Assembly: GCA_963745035.1 (NCBI GenBank)
Contig: CAVUVW010000016.1
Coordinates: 86,866 to 110,865 of the forward strand
Length of the DNA stretch: 24,000 nucleotides
From: an uncultured delta proteobacterium
Lineage (GTDB): Bacteria > Desulfobacterota > Binatia > UBA9968
Direction: 5' to 3'
Shown: piece after piece, positions 7,441 through 15,664 of the stretch
How positions within the stretch are numbered: the first letter of the stretch is position 1
How the letters are laid out: each line of letters starts with the position of its first letter
Notes under the pieces: model-generated
What the model was told of the DNA's origin: nothing
What the model saw: only the letters and a program-made list of their open reading frames with translations
Database searches by the model: none
Position numbers and translations under genes: made by a program

Positions 7441-8428
7441 TGGATTCACATTTCAAGTGCAACAGTTCATGGCAGAAGACCTCTGCCGGAGTTTTGTAGT
7501 TAAGACACTTTCTCGGAGTGTGATTGTAGGATCGAACCAGGCCGAGCAAACGGTCCTCAGATAACGTGGCCAAGTCGGTTTTCCTCGGCAGCCCTCGGCG
7601 CAAGCGTCCGATGGCGTTTTCAATGCCGCCTTTTTGCCATGGCGCATGCGGATCACAGAAAAAGGTGCGCATCGATAGTTTATGGAGTCGGTAATGGTAG
7701 GCGAACTCAGTGCCGTTATCGAAGGTGATGGTCCGACGTAAGAGCTTGGGTAAAGAGCCCAACAGATCGGTGAGCTTTTTGGCCACAGGCTCGGCCGCCT
7801 TGTTGGGTTGACGGCTGAGCAGGAGCAACCGGGAGCGTCTTTCATGAGTAACCAGAACCGCCTGACCGTATTGAGCGAACAACATCAGGTCGCCTTCCCA
7901 GTGTCCGGCCTGGCGGCGCTTGTGGATGTAGGCCGGACGGCGATCGATCGGTACTCGGTCCTGAATATGATCCACCGGACTGCCGCCTTTATGCCCACGC
8001 CAACCCCGCTTGCTTTTGGCTCGGGGAAGATAGAGCCGCCAGCGGTAGTCCTTGGTACGACGGATCTGAGAGTCGATAAACCGATAGATCGATTCATAGC
8101 TGATCACGGTGGCTCTTTGCTCCTTTTTCAGTCGTCCGGCAACTTGTGCTGGCGACCACCCTTGGCTCAGGCCCTCGAGCACTTTTTCTTGAAGATCAGG
8201 CTTGCGCAACAGACGACTGCCTCGCCAACGTCGACTCTTGGCTTGCTGCTCAGCGTAGGAAGGCTGGTAACCCACCTGATTGCCGCTGTTGCGTTTAAGC
8301 TCGCGCATTATAGTCGATGGCGCGCGATCCATAGCTGCCGCGATTTGGCGCATTGTTTTCCCGGCCTGGCTAAGTCCGGATACTGTACACCGTTCTTTAA
8401 GCGAAAGTTGCTCATACCGTTGTCCCAT
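7418..8428 (-). CDS. IS30-family DDE transposase
   Basis: 336 aa. N-terminal HTH region LSLKERCTVSGLSQAGKTMRQIAAAMDRAPSTIMRELKRN. Catalytic contexts HWEGDLM, TFDNGTEF and KGGIENAIGRLRR, with 33 residues between the second D and the E, as in IS30 DD(33)E. The last ~7 codons (TFPRARE) and the stop lie outside IRL, in flanking DNA. Confidence 0.95.
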   Translation of the reverse strand: MGQRYEQLSLKERCTVSGLSQAGKTMRQIAAAMDRAPSTIMRELKRNSGNQVGYQPSYAEQQAKSRRWRGSRLLRKPDLQEKVLEGLSQGWSPAQVAGRLKKEQRATVISYESIYRFIDSQIRRTKDYRWRLYLPRAKSKRGWRGHKGGSPVDHIQDRVPIDRRPAYIHKRRQAGHWEGDLMLFAQYGQAVLVTHERRSRLLLLSRQPNKAAEPVAKKLTDLLGSLPKLLRRTITFDNGTEFAYHYRLHKLSMRTFFCDPHAPWQKGGIENAIGRLRRGLPRKTDLATLSEDRLLGLVRSYNHTPRKCLNYKTPAEVFCHELLHLKCESTFPRARE

Positions 8429-8473
8429 CGCAACACCTTATACAGAAAGTGTTGCACTTGGTTTGTGAATTTA
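7441..8473 (-). mobile_element. IS30-family insertion sequence (~1.03 kb)
   Basis: IRL 7441-7464 is TGGATTCACATTTCAAGTGCAACA. The reverse complement of IRR 8450-8473 is TAAATTCACAAACCAAGTGCAACA (19/24 identical by eye). A single DDE transposase ORF lies between. Flanked by GG/GG, or with ends shifted a few nt, by GGGAA (7434-7438) / GGGAA (8474-8478). Ends are uncertain by up to ~3 nt. Confidence 0.85.
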
Positions 8474-8614
8474 GGGAATCCAGGTTTGTTTTCGCCGAAT
8501 TAGCCTGGATACCCGCCCGCTTTCGCGAGGGCATGCTTTCGAATCGCGGGTATGACGGAATCTTGAACGGTCAGCCGTTAGCATTCCGCACACCCGTATT
8601 TTCGAAGGAAGCAC
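8474..8614 (+). repeat. Right part of REP-like repeat copy B, directly abutting IRR of the IS
   Basis: gggaatccaggtttgttttcgccgaattagcctggatacccgcccgctttcgcgagggcatgctttcgaatcgcgggtatgacggaatc aligns to 851-940. The tail aligns to 969-991. Confidence 0.7.
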
Positions 8615-8648
8615 GGAGAACGCGAAGGGTCTAACTGTAAAGCCGATC

Positions 8649-8664
8649 GGTGCGCAAGCGCACC
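8649..8664. promoter_or_regulatory. Perfect 16-bp palindrome GGTGCGCAAGCGCACC ~80 nt upstream of the second tctC-like gene; possible operator or hairpin
   Basis: ggtgcgc / gcgcacc are exact reverse complements separated by aa. Function is not inferable from sequence. Confidence 0.3.
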
Positions 8665-8743
8665 TACGGAGAAAACTTTGTATGCTTCGCGTCTTCGTGG
8701 TGATCGGTGAGAGTATGAGTCCGAAATCCATCGGAGGATTCTC

Positions 8744-9794
8744 ATGAGAATACTTTTTGTCGCCGCGGCTTTGGCGATAATGATTTGCACAGCACTCGCT
8801 GTGCGTGGATATGCCCAGTCCGATTTCTACAAGGGCAAAACAATCACCGTGGTGCAGATCGTCGACGCCGGCGGCACCGGCGATCTGCGCCGGAAGGCGC
8901 TGTTTCCGTTTCTGCAGAAATATATTCCGGGAAATCCGACGATCGTCTCGGACTACATGCCGGGAGGCGGCGGCAGGAAGGCGGCGAATCATGTCTATCG
9001 CGTCGCCAAGCCGGACGGCCTCACCATTGGGGGTATGTCGTCTTCGTTGGTGTCCAACGCAATCCTCGACACCGGCGGCGTGCAGTACGACATCGACAAG
9101 CTGACTTATCTGGGCTCGCCGGTGAGCGTCTTTCATTATGTTTTTCTCACGCGCAAGGAAGCCGGTCTCGGCAGTTTGGAAAAATTGCGCGCCGCTGCGG
9201 GCGTACGCATCGGCGCCCAGGAAGTTGGACACGACATCTATATCACCGGGCGGCTGTTCGCCTACTTGCTGAATCTTAAAGGAGCCGCGGTTCGTCACCG
9301 GCTACGGCGGACCGGAAATCGACATCGCCATGGAGCGCCGGGAATTGGACGGCAGGGCGAATGCGCTGGAAACCTTGGGTCAGCGCAACGCCGAGGAGAT
9401 GAAAAAAGGACTGCTCGACCTACACGCGCTGGTGGAAATTCCCAGAGGAAACCGGCCGGACGGTTTTGCGCGCTTACCCGAGATAGAAAGTTTCGCCAAA
9501 TCCGACGTGGAACGAAAAGTACTGGCGATGTATCGCTCCTTCAGGCTCGTCGGCACGCCCTACATTCTCGCGCCGGGAACACCCAAGGCGCAGGTGCAAA
9601 TTCTCCAAGAGGCGTTTCGCAAAGCGCTCCAGGATCCTGAGTTTCATCGCGAGTTCAAAAAACTTTCCGGCTTCGATGCATCGCCGCTCATGCCGGAGGA
9701 GCAGGACAAAGCGATTCGCGAACTGCCGCGCGACCGCGATGTCATCGAGCTTTTCAAAAAACTCTCCGGCGCCGAGCCATTGCCGGCGCGGTGA
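8744..9794 (+). CDS. Second Bug/TctC-family substrate-binding protein, interrupted by a 1-nt frameshift
   Basis: GGAGG lies 6 nt upstream of ATG 8744. Signal peptide MRILFVAAALAIMICTALAVRGYA, then ..YKGKTITVVQIVDAGGTGDL...KPDGLTIGG...FAYLLNLK. The protein continues in the +1 frame as EPRFVTGYGGPEIDIAMERRELDGRAN... (ORF 9330..9794 plus upstream codons), colinear with the first TctC (GFKGRGEARIAFERGETNIDYQ). The shift is confined to 9273-9284 by the TGA at 9270-9272 in the downstream frame. Confidence 0.8.
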
Positions 9795-9856
9795 GCTATG
9801 ATGGCCGTCTGCTGGCCGCGTATCGTGCTTCGAGATAATACTTCCCGTCGAGTGAC

Positions 9857-10318
9857 ATGACTCTCTTAGCAGTGTTTTTGATCGGTTTCTTCGCCGGGTT
9901 GCGCTCACTGACGGCGCCGGCGGCGACCGCTTGGGCCGTCCATTTAAAATGGTTCAAACTCGATTATCCGTTGGCCTACATCGGCTCGTTCGCTTCGGTA
10001 GCGATACTGAGCGCGCTTGCGGCTATCGAGCTGATTGCGGACAAACTGCCGCAAACTCCGAGCCGCACGTCGCCGCCGGGTCTGATCGCGCGCATTGTTA
10101 CGGGTGGATTTACCGGTGCATGCATCGCTGCCGGCGCAGGCCAAGGAATTTTTCTCGGCGCCGTGCTCGGCGTTGCGGGCGGCGTTGTAGGTTGTTTCGC
10201 CGGCTACCATGCACGCAGATGGATCGTGAGAACGCTAGGTACGCGAGACATTTACGTCGCCCTAATCGAGGATCTCGTGGCGATCGCGGGTTCCATGTGG
10301 GCCGTGTCGCGATTCTAA
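9857..10318 (+). CDS. DUF4126-family integral membrane protein
   Basis: 153-aa ORF: MTLLAVFLIGFFAGLRSLTAPAATAW...IELIADKLPQTPSRT...GGFTGA...Gly-rich TM segments...ALIEDLVAIAG. This is the DUF4126 pattern from memory, not searched. Confidence 0.7.
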   Translation: MTLLAVFLIGFFAGLRSLTAPAATAWAVHLKWFKLDYPLAYIGSFASVAILSALAAIELIADKLPQTPSRTSPPGLIARIVTGGFTGACIAAGAGQGIFLGAVLGVAGGVVGCFAGYHARRWIVRTLGTRDIYVALIEDLVAIAGSMWAVSRF

Positions 10319-10361
10319 GTTATCTATGCGCAGTTACGATAGGGAGGGCCCTGGCAACTTC

Positions 10362-10624
10362 ATGTGAACATTTGCAAGGCTTAACTTCCAAGGATTTTCC
10401 CTCGCAGAAAACTCCCAACGCGTGCGAGGAATGCCTAAGCGAAGGAACCGTTTTGGTCGCTCTGCCCGAGTGCCAAGCGTGCAGCCACGTGGGCTGCTGC
10501 GATTCCTCGACGGGTAACATGCGACCAAACATTCCACGCGACCCAGCATCCGGTGATGCGCGCGATCCCGTCGGAGGCTTGGACGTAGTGCTATGTCCAT
10601 GAGGCGCAGGGTAGCCCGGGCTGA
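10362..10624 (+). pseudogene. Decayed UBP-type zinc-finger (zf-UBP) gene
   Basis: CEHLQGL...ACEECLSEGTVLVALPECQACSHVGCCDSSTGN is in frame 1. HATKH is in frame 0 (10518-10532). FHATQHPVMRAIPSEAWT-TAG-CYVHEAQGSPG-TGA is in frame 2. Spliced together these give the conserved CCDSSxxxHATKHFHATxHP...W(x)WCYVxE pattern. The only nearby ATG (10362) is out of frame. Confidence 0.7.
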
Positions 10625-10632
10625 TCCAGGGG

Positions 10633-11817
10633 CTATTGTCGGGAAGCGCTATTTCTCTGCAGCACGTCCAGATACTTGACGCCGGCCGCCGTGTTGAAAA
10701 TCAGCACTTCGTCGGCCGGCTTAATCCAATTGTCAGCGATCAAGCCGCGTAACGCGGCGACGCAAGCGGCGCCTTCCGGACAAAAGAATAGTCCTTCGGC
10801 TTTGCCGATGCGGGGAATTTCCGCCAGCATGTCTGCGTCGGTGACGCTCACCGCCGTGCCGCCGCTCTCGCGCAGTGCCTGCAATATCAAGAAATCGGCG
10901 ACCGCCTGCGGCACGCGCAAACCCGATGCAACGGTGTGCGCGTTTTGCCATGGCTCGGCGGTTATCTTGTTTTCAGAAAACGCCTTGACGATGGGCGCGC
11001 AGCCGCTCGCTTGGACGGAAACCATGCGCGGCCGGGCCTTGCCGATCCAACCCAATTCCTCCAGCTCGGCAAAGGCTTTCCACATGCCGATGAGCCCTGT
11101 GCCCCCGCCGGTCGGGTAGATGATCACGTCCGGAAGGCGCCAGTCGAGCTGCTCGGCGATCTCGTAGCCCATGGTTTTTTTGCCTTCGACCCGATAGGGC
11201 TCCTTCAAAGTCGAGAGATCGAACCAGCCTTCCGCCGTTTTCTTCTCCGCGATGATGCGGCCGCAGTCGTTGATGAGGCCGTTCACCAGGGTGAGCTTGG
11301 CGCCGTACTGCGCGGCCTCGATTTGATTGGCCATCGGCGTGTCGCGGGGCATGAACACATGCGCTTCGATGCCGGCGCGCGCCGCATAGGCGGCAAAAGA
11401 ACCGCCGGCGTTGCCGGCTGAAGGAATCGCGGCTTTTTTGACGCCGAGTTCTTTCGCTCGGGAAATCGCCACCGATAGCCCGCGGTCTTTGAACGACCCC
11501 GTGGGATTTTGCCCTTCGTCTTTGATCCAAAGCTTTCGCAAGCCGAGCTCCCCGCTGAGCCTATTCGCAGCGAGAAGCGGCGTGTAGCCCTCGCCCAAAG
11601 AAATCAGGTTGCCGTCGTCTTGAAGCGGCAATAGCTCGCGATAGCGCCACAGCGACGCGGGGCGCCGGGCGAAAGATGCTCTATCGAAAGCAGTTTTCGC
11701 TCGCTCGAGATCGTAGCGGACCAACAGCGGCGAGCCGCAAGGACAGAGATTAAGCAATTGCGAAAGTTCGAAGCGCTTTCCGCAACGGCTGCAGACGATT
11801 TCCCGGGCGAAGGACAT
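10633..11817 (-). CDS. thrC: Threonine synthase (PLP fold-type II) with N-terminal Cys4 zinc ribbon
   Basis: Likely start is ATG 11817 (MSFAREIVCSRCGKRF...LCPCGSPLLV). PLP lysine motif NPTGSFKDRG; SAGNAGGSFAAYAA; EPYRVEGKKTMGYEIAEQL; YPTGGGTGLIG. The 58 codons upstream in the ORF track look non-coding. Confidence 0.85.
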   Translation of the reverse strand: MSFAREIVCSRCGKRFELSQLLNLCPCGSPLLVRYDLERAKTAFDRASFARRPASLWRYRELLPLQDDGNLISLGEGYTPLLAANRLSGELGLRKLWIKDEGQNPTGSFKDRGLSVAISRAKELGVKKAAIPSAGNAGGSFAAYAARAGIEAHVFMPRDTPMANQIEAAQYGAKLTLVNGLINDCGRIIAEKKTAEGWFDLSTLKEPYRVEGKKTMGYEIAEQLDWRLPDVIIYPTGGGTGLIGMWKAFAELEELGWIGKARPRMVSVQASGCAPIVKAFSENKITAEPWQNAHTVASGLRVPQAVADFLILQALRESGGTAVSVTDADMLAEIPRIGKAEGLFFCPEGAACVAALRGLIADNWIKPADEVLIFNTAAGVKYLDVLQRNSASRQ

Positions 11818-12180
11818 AAGAGATCGAGCAAGAAGCTCAATGGATCTTAATCGCGGTCTGATTGGGACTTCAAGCCGACCCGCTGAACCCTTTCGATCGA
11901 TCCGGTGACTTACGAGTCGAACGTGATGGCAAACGCCCACAGAGGCGGCACGCATTCGTAACCACCAATGGGGGAGGAAAATGAAACTCACGAAGAAGAT
12001 CCAACTCTGGCTAGCGTCGCTCTCGGTGGCTTCATCCTATGCCGGGCGGGTCCGCGCGCGGTTGTCTTGCTTCCGGTCACGGCCTGTTCCCGGCAGGCTC
12101 GGAGCGGCTAGGCTCGGCTTGAGGGATTTTTGAGCTCCGAGCTTGAACGCCGCGGACGGCGGAGCTTAATTAAGAGGGCT

Positions 12181-13473
12181 ATGACGGACCTCTTCGCGGC
12201 GCGCTCGCAGATGGCGATTTCATTGGGTTTTCACATCATCTTCGCAGCGATCGGCATCGCGATGCCGTTCTTGATGGCGATTTCCCATTGGCGCTGGCTC
12301 AAAACCAAAGAGCTGGTTTATCTGGACCTCACCAAAGCCTGGTCCAAGGGAGTGGCTATTTTCTTCGCCACGGGTGCTGTCTCGGGCACGGTGCTCTCGT
12401 TCGAGCTTGGGCTGCTCTGGCCCAAGTTTATGGAATACGCGGGCCCGATCAGCGGGCTGCCGTTCGCATGGGAAGGCGCGGCTTTTTTTCTCGAAGCTAT
12501 CGCTCTCGGGATTTTTCTCTACGGCTGGGATCGCATTCATCCGTGGGCGCACTGGGCAAGCGGGATCGTCGTGGGCGTGAGCGGTGTCGCGTCCGGCATG
12601 TTTGTCATCTGCGCCAACGGCTGGATGAACGCGCCCGCCGGTTTCGACTGGGTGGACGGCAAGGCAATCAACATCGATCCGGTCGCGGCGATGTTCAATC
12701 GCGCCGCGCTTCAACAGGGATTGCACATGACGATCGCGGCATTCTGCGCCACCGGCTTCGCTGTCGCCGGCATTCACGCCATCGGCCTGCTGAAAAACTC
12801 GGTTTCGCGGTTTCACGCCGAAGCGTTTCGAATCGCGCTCGTCATCGGCGCGCTCGCAGCAATATTGCAGCCGCTACAGGGCGACCGGCTTGCCAAGCAG
12901 ACGGCCGTGCTGCAGCCGGCGAAGCTTGCGGCGATGGAATCGTTATTCTCCACGTCCAAGCCCGCGCCGCTGATCATCGGCGGCATTCCCTCGGAAGAAA
13001 CCCAAACCGTCCGTTATGGAATCCACATCCCGAGACTTCTGAGTTTCCTCGCCCACGGAGACTTCGAAGCCGAAGTCAAAGGACTCGACCAAGTGCCGCG
13101 CGAGAACTGGCCGCCTGTCGCTGTGGTCCACATCGCTTTTCAAATCATGATCGGCATCGGCACGCTGCTCGCGGCGCTCGGCGCGTGGTCCTTGTTTGCG
13201 TTATGGAAGAAACCAACGTGGCTGCGATCGAAAAACGCGCTGCGGCTCTTCGCGCTGTGCACGCCGCTCGGCTTTATCGCCATCGAGGCAGGATGGACCG
13301 TGACGGAAGTCGGACGCCAACCCTGGATTATCTATGGCATCATGAAAACAAAAGATGCCCTGACGCCGATGCCGGGCCTCATTTATCCAATGATGCTTTT
13401 CACCTTTGTCTATCTCATGCTGACGTTCATCGTTACGTGGTTGATGGTGAGGCAGTTTAGACATGCTGGCTGA
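12181..13473 (+). CDS. cydA: Cytochrome bd-type quinol oxidase subunit I (short Q-loop type)
   Basis: AAGAGGG lies upstream of ATG 12181. MTDLFAARSQMAISLGFHIIFA carries the conserved N-terminal His. Also GWMNAPAGF, QPAKLAAMES and TEVGRQPWIIYG. 430 aa. Confidence 0.9.
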   Translation: MTDLFAARSQMAISLGFHIIFAAIGIAMPFLMAISHWRWLKTKELVYLDLTKAWSKGVAIFFATGAVSGTVLSFELGLLWPKFMEYAGPISGLPFAWEGAAFFLEAIALGIFLYGWDRIHPWAHWASGIVVGVSGVASGMFVICANGWMNAPAGFDWVDGKAINIDPVAAMFNRAALQQGLHMTIAAFCATGFAVAGIHAIGLLKNSVSRFHAEAFRIALVIGALAAILQPLQGDRLAKQTAVLQPAKLAAMESLFSTSKPAPLIIGGIPSEETQTVRYGIHIPRLLSFLAHGDFEAEVKGLDQVPRENWPPVAVVHIAFQIMIGIGTLLAALGAWSLFALWKKPTWLRSKNALRLFALCTPLGFIAIEAGWTVTEVGRQPWIIYGIMKTKDALTPMPGLIYPMMLFTFVYLMLTFIVTWLMVRQFRHAG

Positions 13474-14497
13474 AGCGATAGCGTGTTTTCTCGCGGTCTC
13501 GATTCTTTTCTACTGCATCTTCGGCGGCGCCGACTTTGGCGGCGGTATGTTGGAAGCTTTTGCCGGAACGGCGCGACGCGAAGAACAGCGCAAAGTCATT
13601 GCCCATGCGATCGGCCCGGTGTGGGAAGCCAATCACGTCTGGTTGATTCTCGCCGTGGTCATTTTGTTTACGGGTTTCCCGAAAGCCTACAGCGCGCTCT
13701 CGGTCACTTTCCATATTCCGCTGACTCTGATGTTGATCGGCATCGTTCTTCGCGGCTGCGCGTTTACTTTTCGCCACTACGACGCGGTGCACGACGGCTC
13801 GCAGCGCTACTACTCGGCGATCTTTATCGCTTCGAGCTTTCTCACCTCGTTGATGCTGGGGGTCGTGGCCGGCGGCATGCTGCTCGGCGTTTCGAGCCCG
13901 CCCGAGGCTGGGTTCTATGCCTCGTTCGTCAGGCCGTGGGCCAACCTGTTTTGTTTCGCCGTCGGCGTGTTTACCTGCGTGTTGTTCGCGTTTCTTGCCG
14001 CGGTTTATCTCGTCGGCGAAACTCAAGACGCCGAGATCAAGCGGATCTTCGCGCGCCGGGCGCTGGTGCTGAACGCGCTCGCTATTCTCGTCGGTATAGC
14101 CGTGTTCGCCGCGGCCGAGTTGGAAGGGCTGCCGCTGGCTCGGTTGTTTGCCGCAAGCCGTCTGAGCCTGGCTTCGATGATCGGCGCGACCGTTATTCTC
14201 TTGCCTCTGTGGATCGCGGTCCGGCGCGATGGCGTTCAGGCGGCAAGAATTCTCGTGGCCGCTCAGGTGGGCCTGGTTCTCGTCGGCTGGTACCGGCTGC
14301 AGTACCCGATCATCATCAATTCTTCGACGACGCCTCTGACGATTTACACGGCTGTGGCACCGGAGCCGACTTTGCGCTACTTGCTCTATGCGCTGGTCGC
14401 CGGGTCGGTGATTATCTTCCCGGCGCTGTTCTATTTGCTGAAGATTTTCAAATTGCGTGAAGCGGAAGAATCGACGACCGCTTCGTGGGCGAAATAA
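13463..14497 (+). CDS. cydB: Cytochrome bd-type quinol oxidase subunit II
   Basis: The ATG overlaps the cydA 3' end by 11 nt. FGGADFGGG..GPVWEANHVWLI is the CydB signature. 344 aa, polytopic. Confidence 0.9.
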   Translation: MLAEAIACFLAVSILFYCIFGGADFGGGMLEAFAGTARREEQRKVIAHAIGPVWEANHVWLILAVVILFTGFPKAYSALSVTFHIPLTLMLIGIVLRGCAFTFRHYDAVHDGSQRYYSAIFIASSFLTSLMLGVVAGGMLLGVSSPPEAGFYASFVRPWANLFCFAVGVFTCVLFAFLAAVYLVGETQDAEIKRIFARRALVLNALAILVGIAVFAAAELEGLPLARLFAASRLSLASMIGATVILLPLWIAVRRDGVQAARILVAAQVGLVLVGWYRLQYPIIINSSTTPLTIYTAVAPEPTLRYLLYALVAGSVIIFPALFYLLKIFKLREAEESTTASWAK

Positions 14498-14511
14498 ATC
14501 CTGGGCTTACG

Positions 14512-15561
14512 TTACTTCTTCGTGACTTCCTTGAGCAGCTTGTGCCAGCTTTCTAGCGATTCTTCGTACTGCGCCAGCGTTCCGCCTTTTTCCGGATACC
14601 AACGCTTGAAGCCATAATCTTTTCGGGCGCTGCCGAAGAATAAATCTTCGAGCAATTTTTGCCCCTCGGGGCTGAGAATGAAATCGGCGAAGAGCAGCGC
14701 GGCGTGGGGACGCTGAGCGTGAGCATAGACAGCGGCGCCACCGGCATTGGTCACGACCAGGTCCATCGGCACCCAGGCTACCGGCGCGCCGCGCTTGGCG
14801 GCCACGTTGGTGGCGCTGTAGAACTGGCTTGGCGATGCGAAAATTTCGCCGGCGGCGACAAGCTGTGTCAAGGCGCTGCCCGCCATCATGTGCATTCTGA
14901 TGTTCTGCTCTTTGAGCTTTCTTACGAATCCATCGCCTTTGGCGCGCACCATGGCGCCGAGGATTCGAGCGCCGGTGTCGTCACCCGATATGCCCATGTT
15001 GTCCTTTAGCGCGGGCCGGAGAAGGCCTTCGAAGTTTTTTGGCACGTCGGCGGCGTTCAGAAACCTGTTGTTGTAAGCGAAACCGATATACGACTCCCGC
15101 GCATTGGTCCAATAAACTAAATTCTTGGACGCCCTTTCTTTCGCTTCGTCGGGAAACGACGCGAGGTGCGGCGACGTGTATGGGAGCAAGAGTTTATTTT
15201 CGCGAAAAGTCAGCAGGCCGGGCAGAGTCGTTTCGATGGCGTCGGCGAGATGGCGCTGCGCCTTGGCTTCGGTGAGAAGCCTTTGCGCGAGCGCCGAGGA
15301 TCCGGTCCGGAACGTATCGACTTTGACGCCGGCATATTTCGCCTCGAAGGCCGAAGCGATTTGTTTGTTCTGCTCGGCGGCGAGTGTGGTGTACCAAACT
15401 ACTTTGCCCTCGCGCTTGGCGCCCTCCAGCAGAACGCGCTCACGATCCGCGCCGGTGTAAGATGCCAGGTCAGCGGCGGACAACGGTTTGCTCGTTTGAC
15501 TCCAGGCCGGTGCGGTGGAGAGTGATAGCAACAGGAACAGAGTCGTAAAAGTTTTCATCAT
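14512..15561 (-). CDS. Periplasmic solute-binding protein, family-1 / Fe3+-type (COG1840-like) ABC substrate-binding protein
   Basis: Signal peptide MMKTFTTLFLLLSLSTAPAWSQ. GKVVWYTTLAAEQNKQIASAFEAKYAGVKVDTFRTGSS is typical of FbpA/AfuA-like SBPs. No cognate permease or ATPase in the window. Confidence 0.75.
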   Translation of the reverse strand: MMKTFTTLFLLLSLSTAPAWSQTSKPLSAADLASYTGADRERVLLEGAKREGKVVWYTTLAAEQNKQIASAFEAKYAGVKVDTFRTGSSALAQRLLTEAKAQRHLADAIETTLPGLLTFRENKLLLPYTSPHLASFPDEAKERASKNLVYWTNARESYIGFAYNNRFLNAADVPKNFEGLLRPALKDNMGISGDDTGARILGAMVRAKGDGFVRKLKEQNIRMHMMAGSALTQLVAAGEIFASPSQFYSATNVAAKRGAPVAWVPMDLVVTNAGGAAVYAHAQRPHAALLFADFILSPEGQKLLEDLFFGSARKDYGFKRWYPEKGGTLAQYEESLESWHKLLKEVTKK

Positions 15562-15664
15562 TTTTCCTTCTGTAGACTATGTCGGAGTCCTTCGACGAGC
15601 TCAGGACGAGCGGGGAAGCTACAATTATTAGACTAGGTGTTTTCGCACTGAGTTGCTTATCTTG

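Noticed and set aside
8471-9298. 275-aa minus-strand ORF spanning the REP copy and antisense to tctC-2
   Set aside because: It starts inside tctC-2 antisense and ends in repeat DNA. No motifs. It is explained by GC bias plus the open frames of the repeat.
9931-10602. 223-aa plus-strand ORF
   Set aside because: It is a chimera. The first ~130 aa are an Arg-rich alternative frame of the DUF4126 gene. Only the last ~80 aa (CEHLQ...CCDSS) are meaningful, and these are part of the zf-UBP relic.
11818-11991. 58-codon N-terminal extension of the thrC ORF (MSFIFLPHWWLRMRAAS...)
   Set aside because: Threonine synthases of this type begin at the Cys4 zinc ribbon (MSFAREIVCSRCGKRF). The extension is Arg-rich and overlaps the divergent cydA-side leader.
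12288-14460. 390-aa and 325-aa plus-strand ORFs in alternative frames of cydA and cydB
   Set aside because: The translations are extremely Arg/Gly/Pro-rich with no TM helices or motifs. The overlapping frames carry unmistakable CydA/CydB signatures.
15573-15635. Direct 7-mer repeat TAGACTA (15573-15579 and 15629-15635) upstream of the Fe3+-type SBP gene
   Set aside because: A single 7-mer pair in a ~100-nt spacer is within chance expectation, and there is no symmetry or further support.
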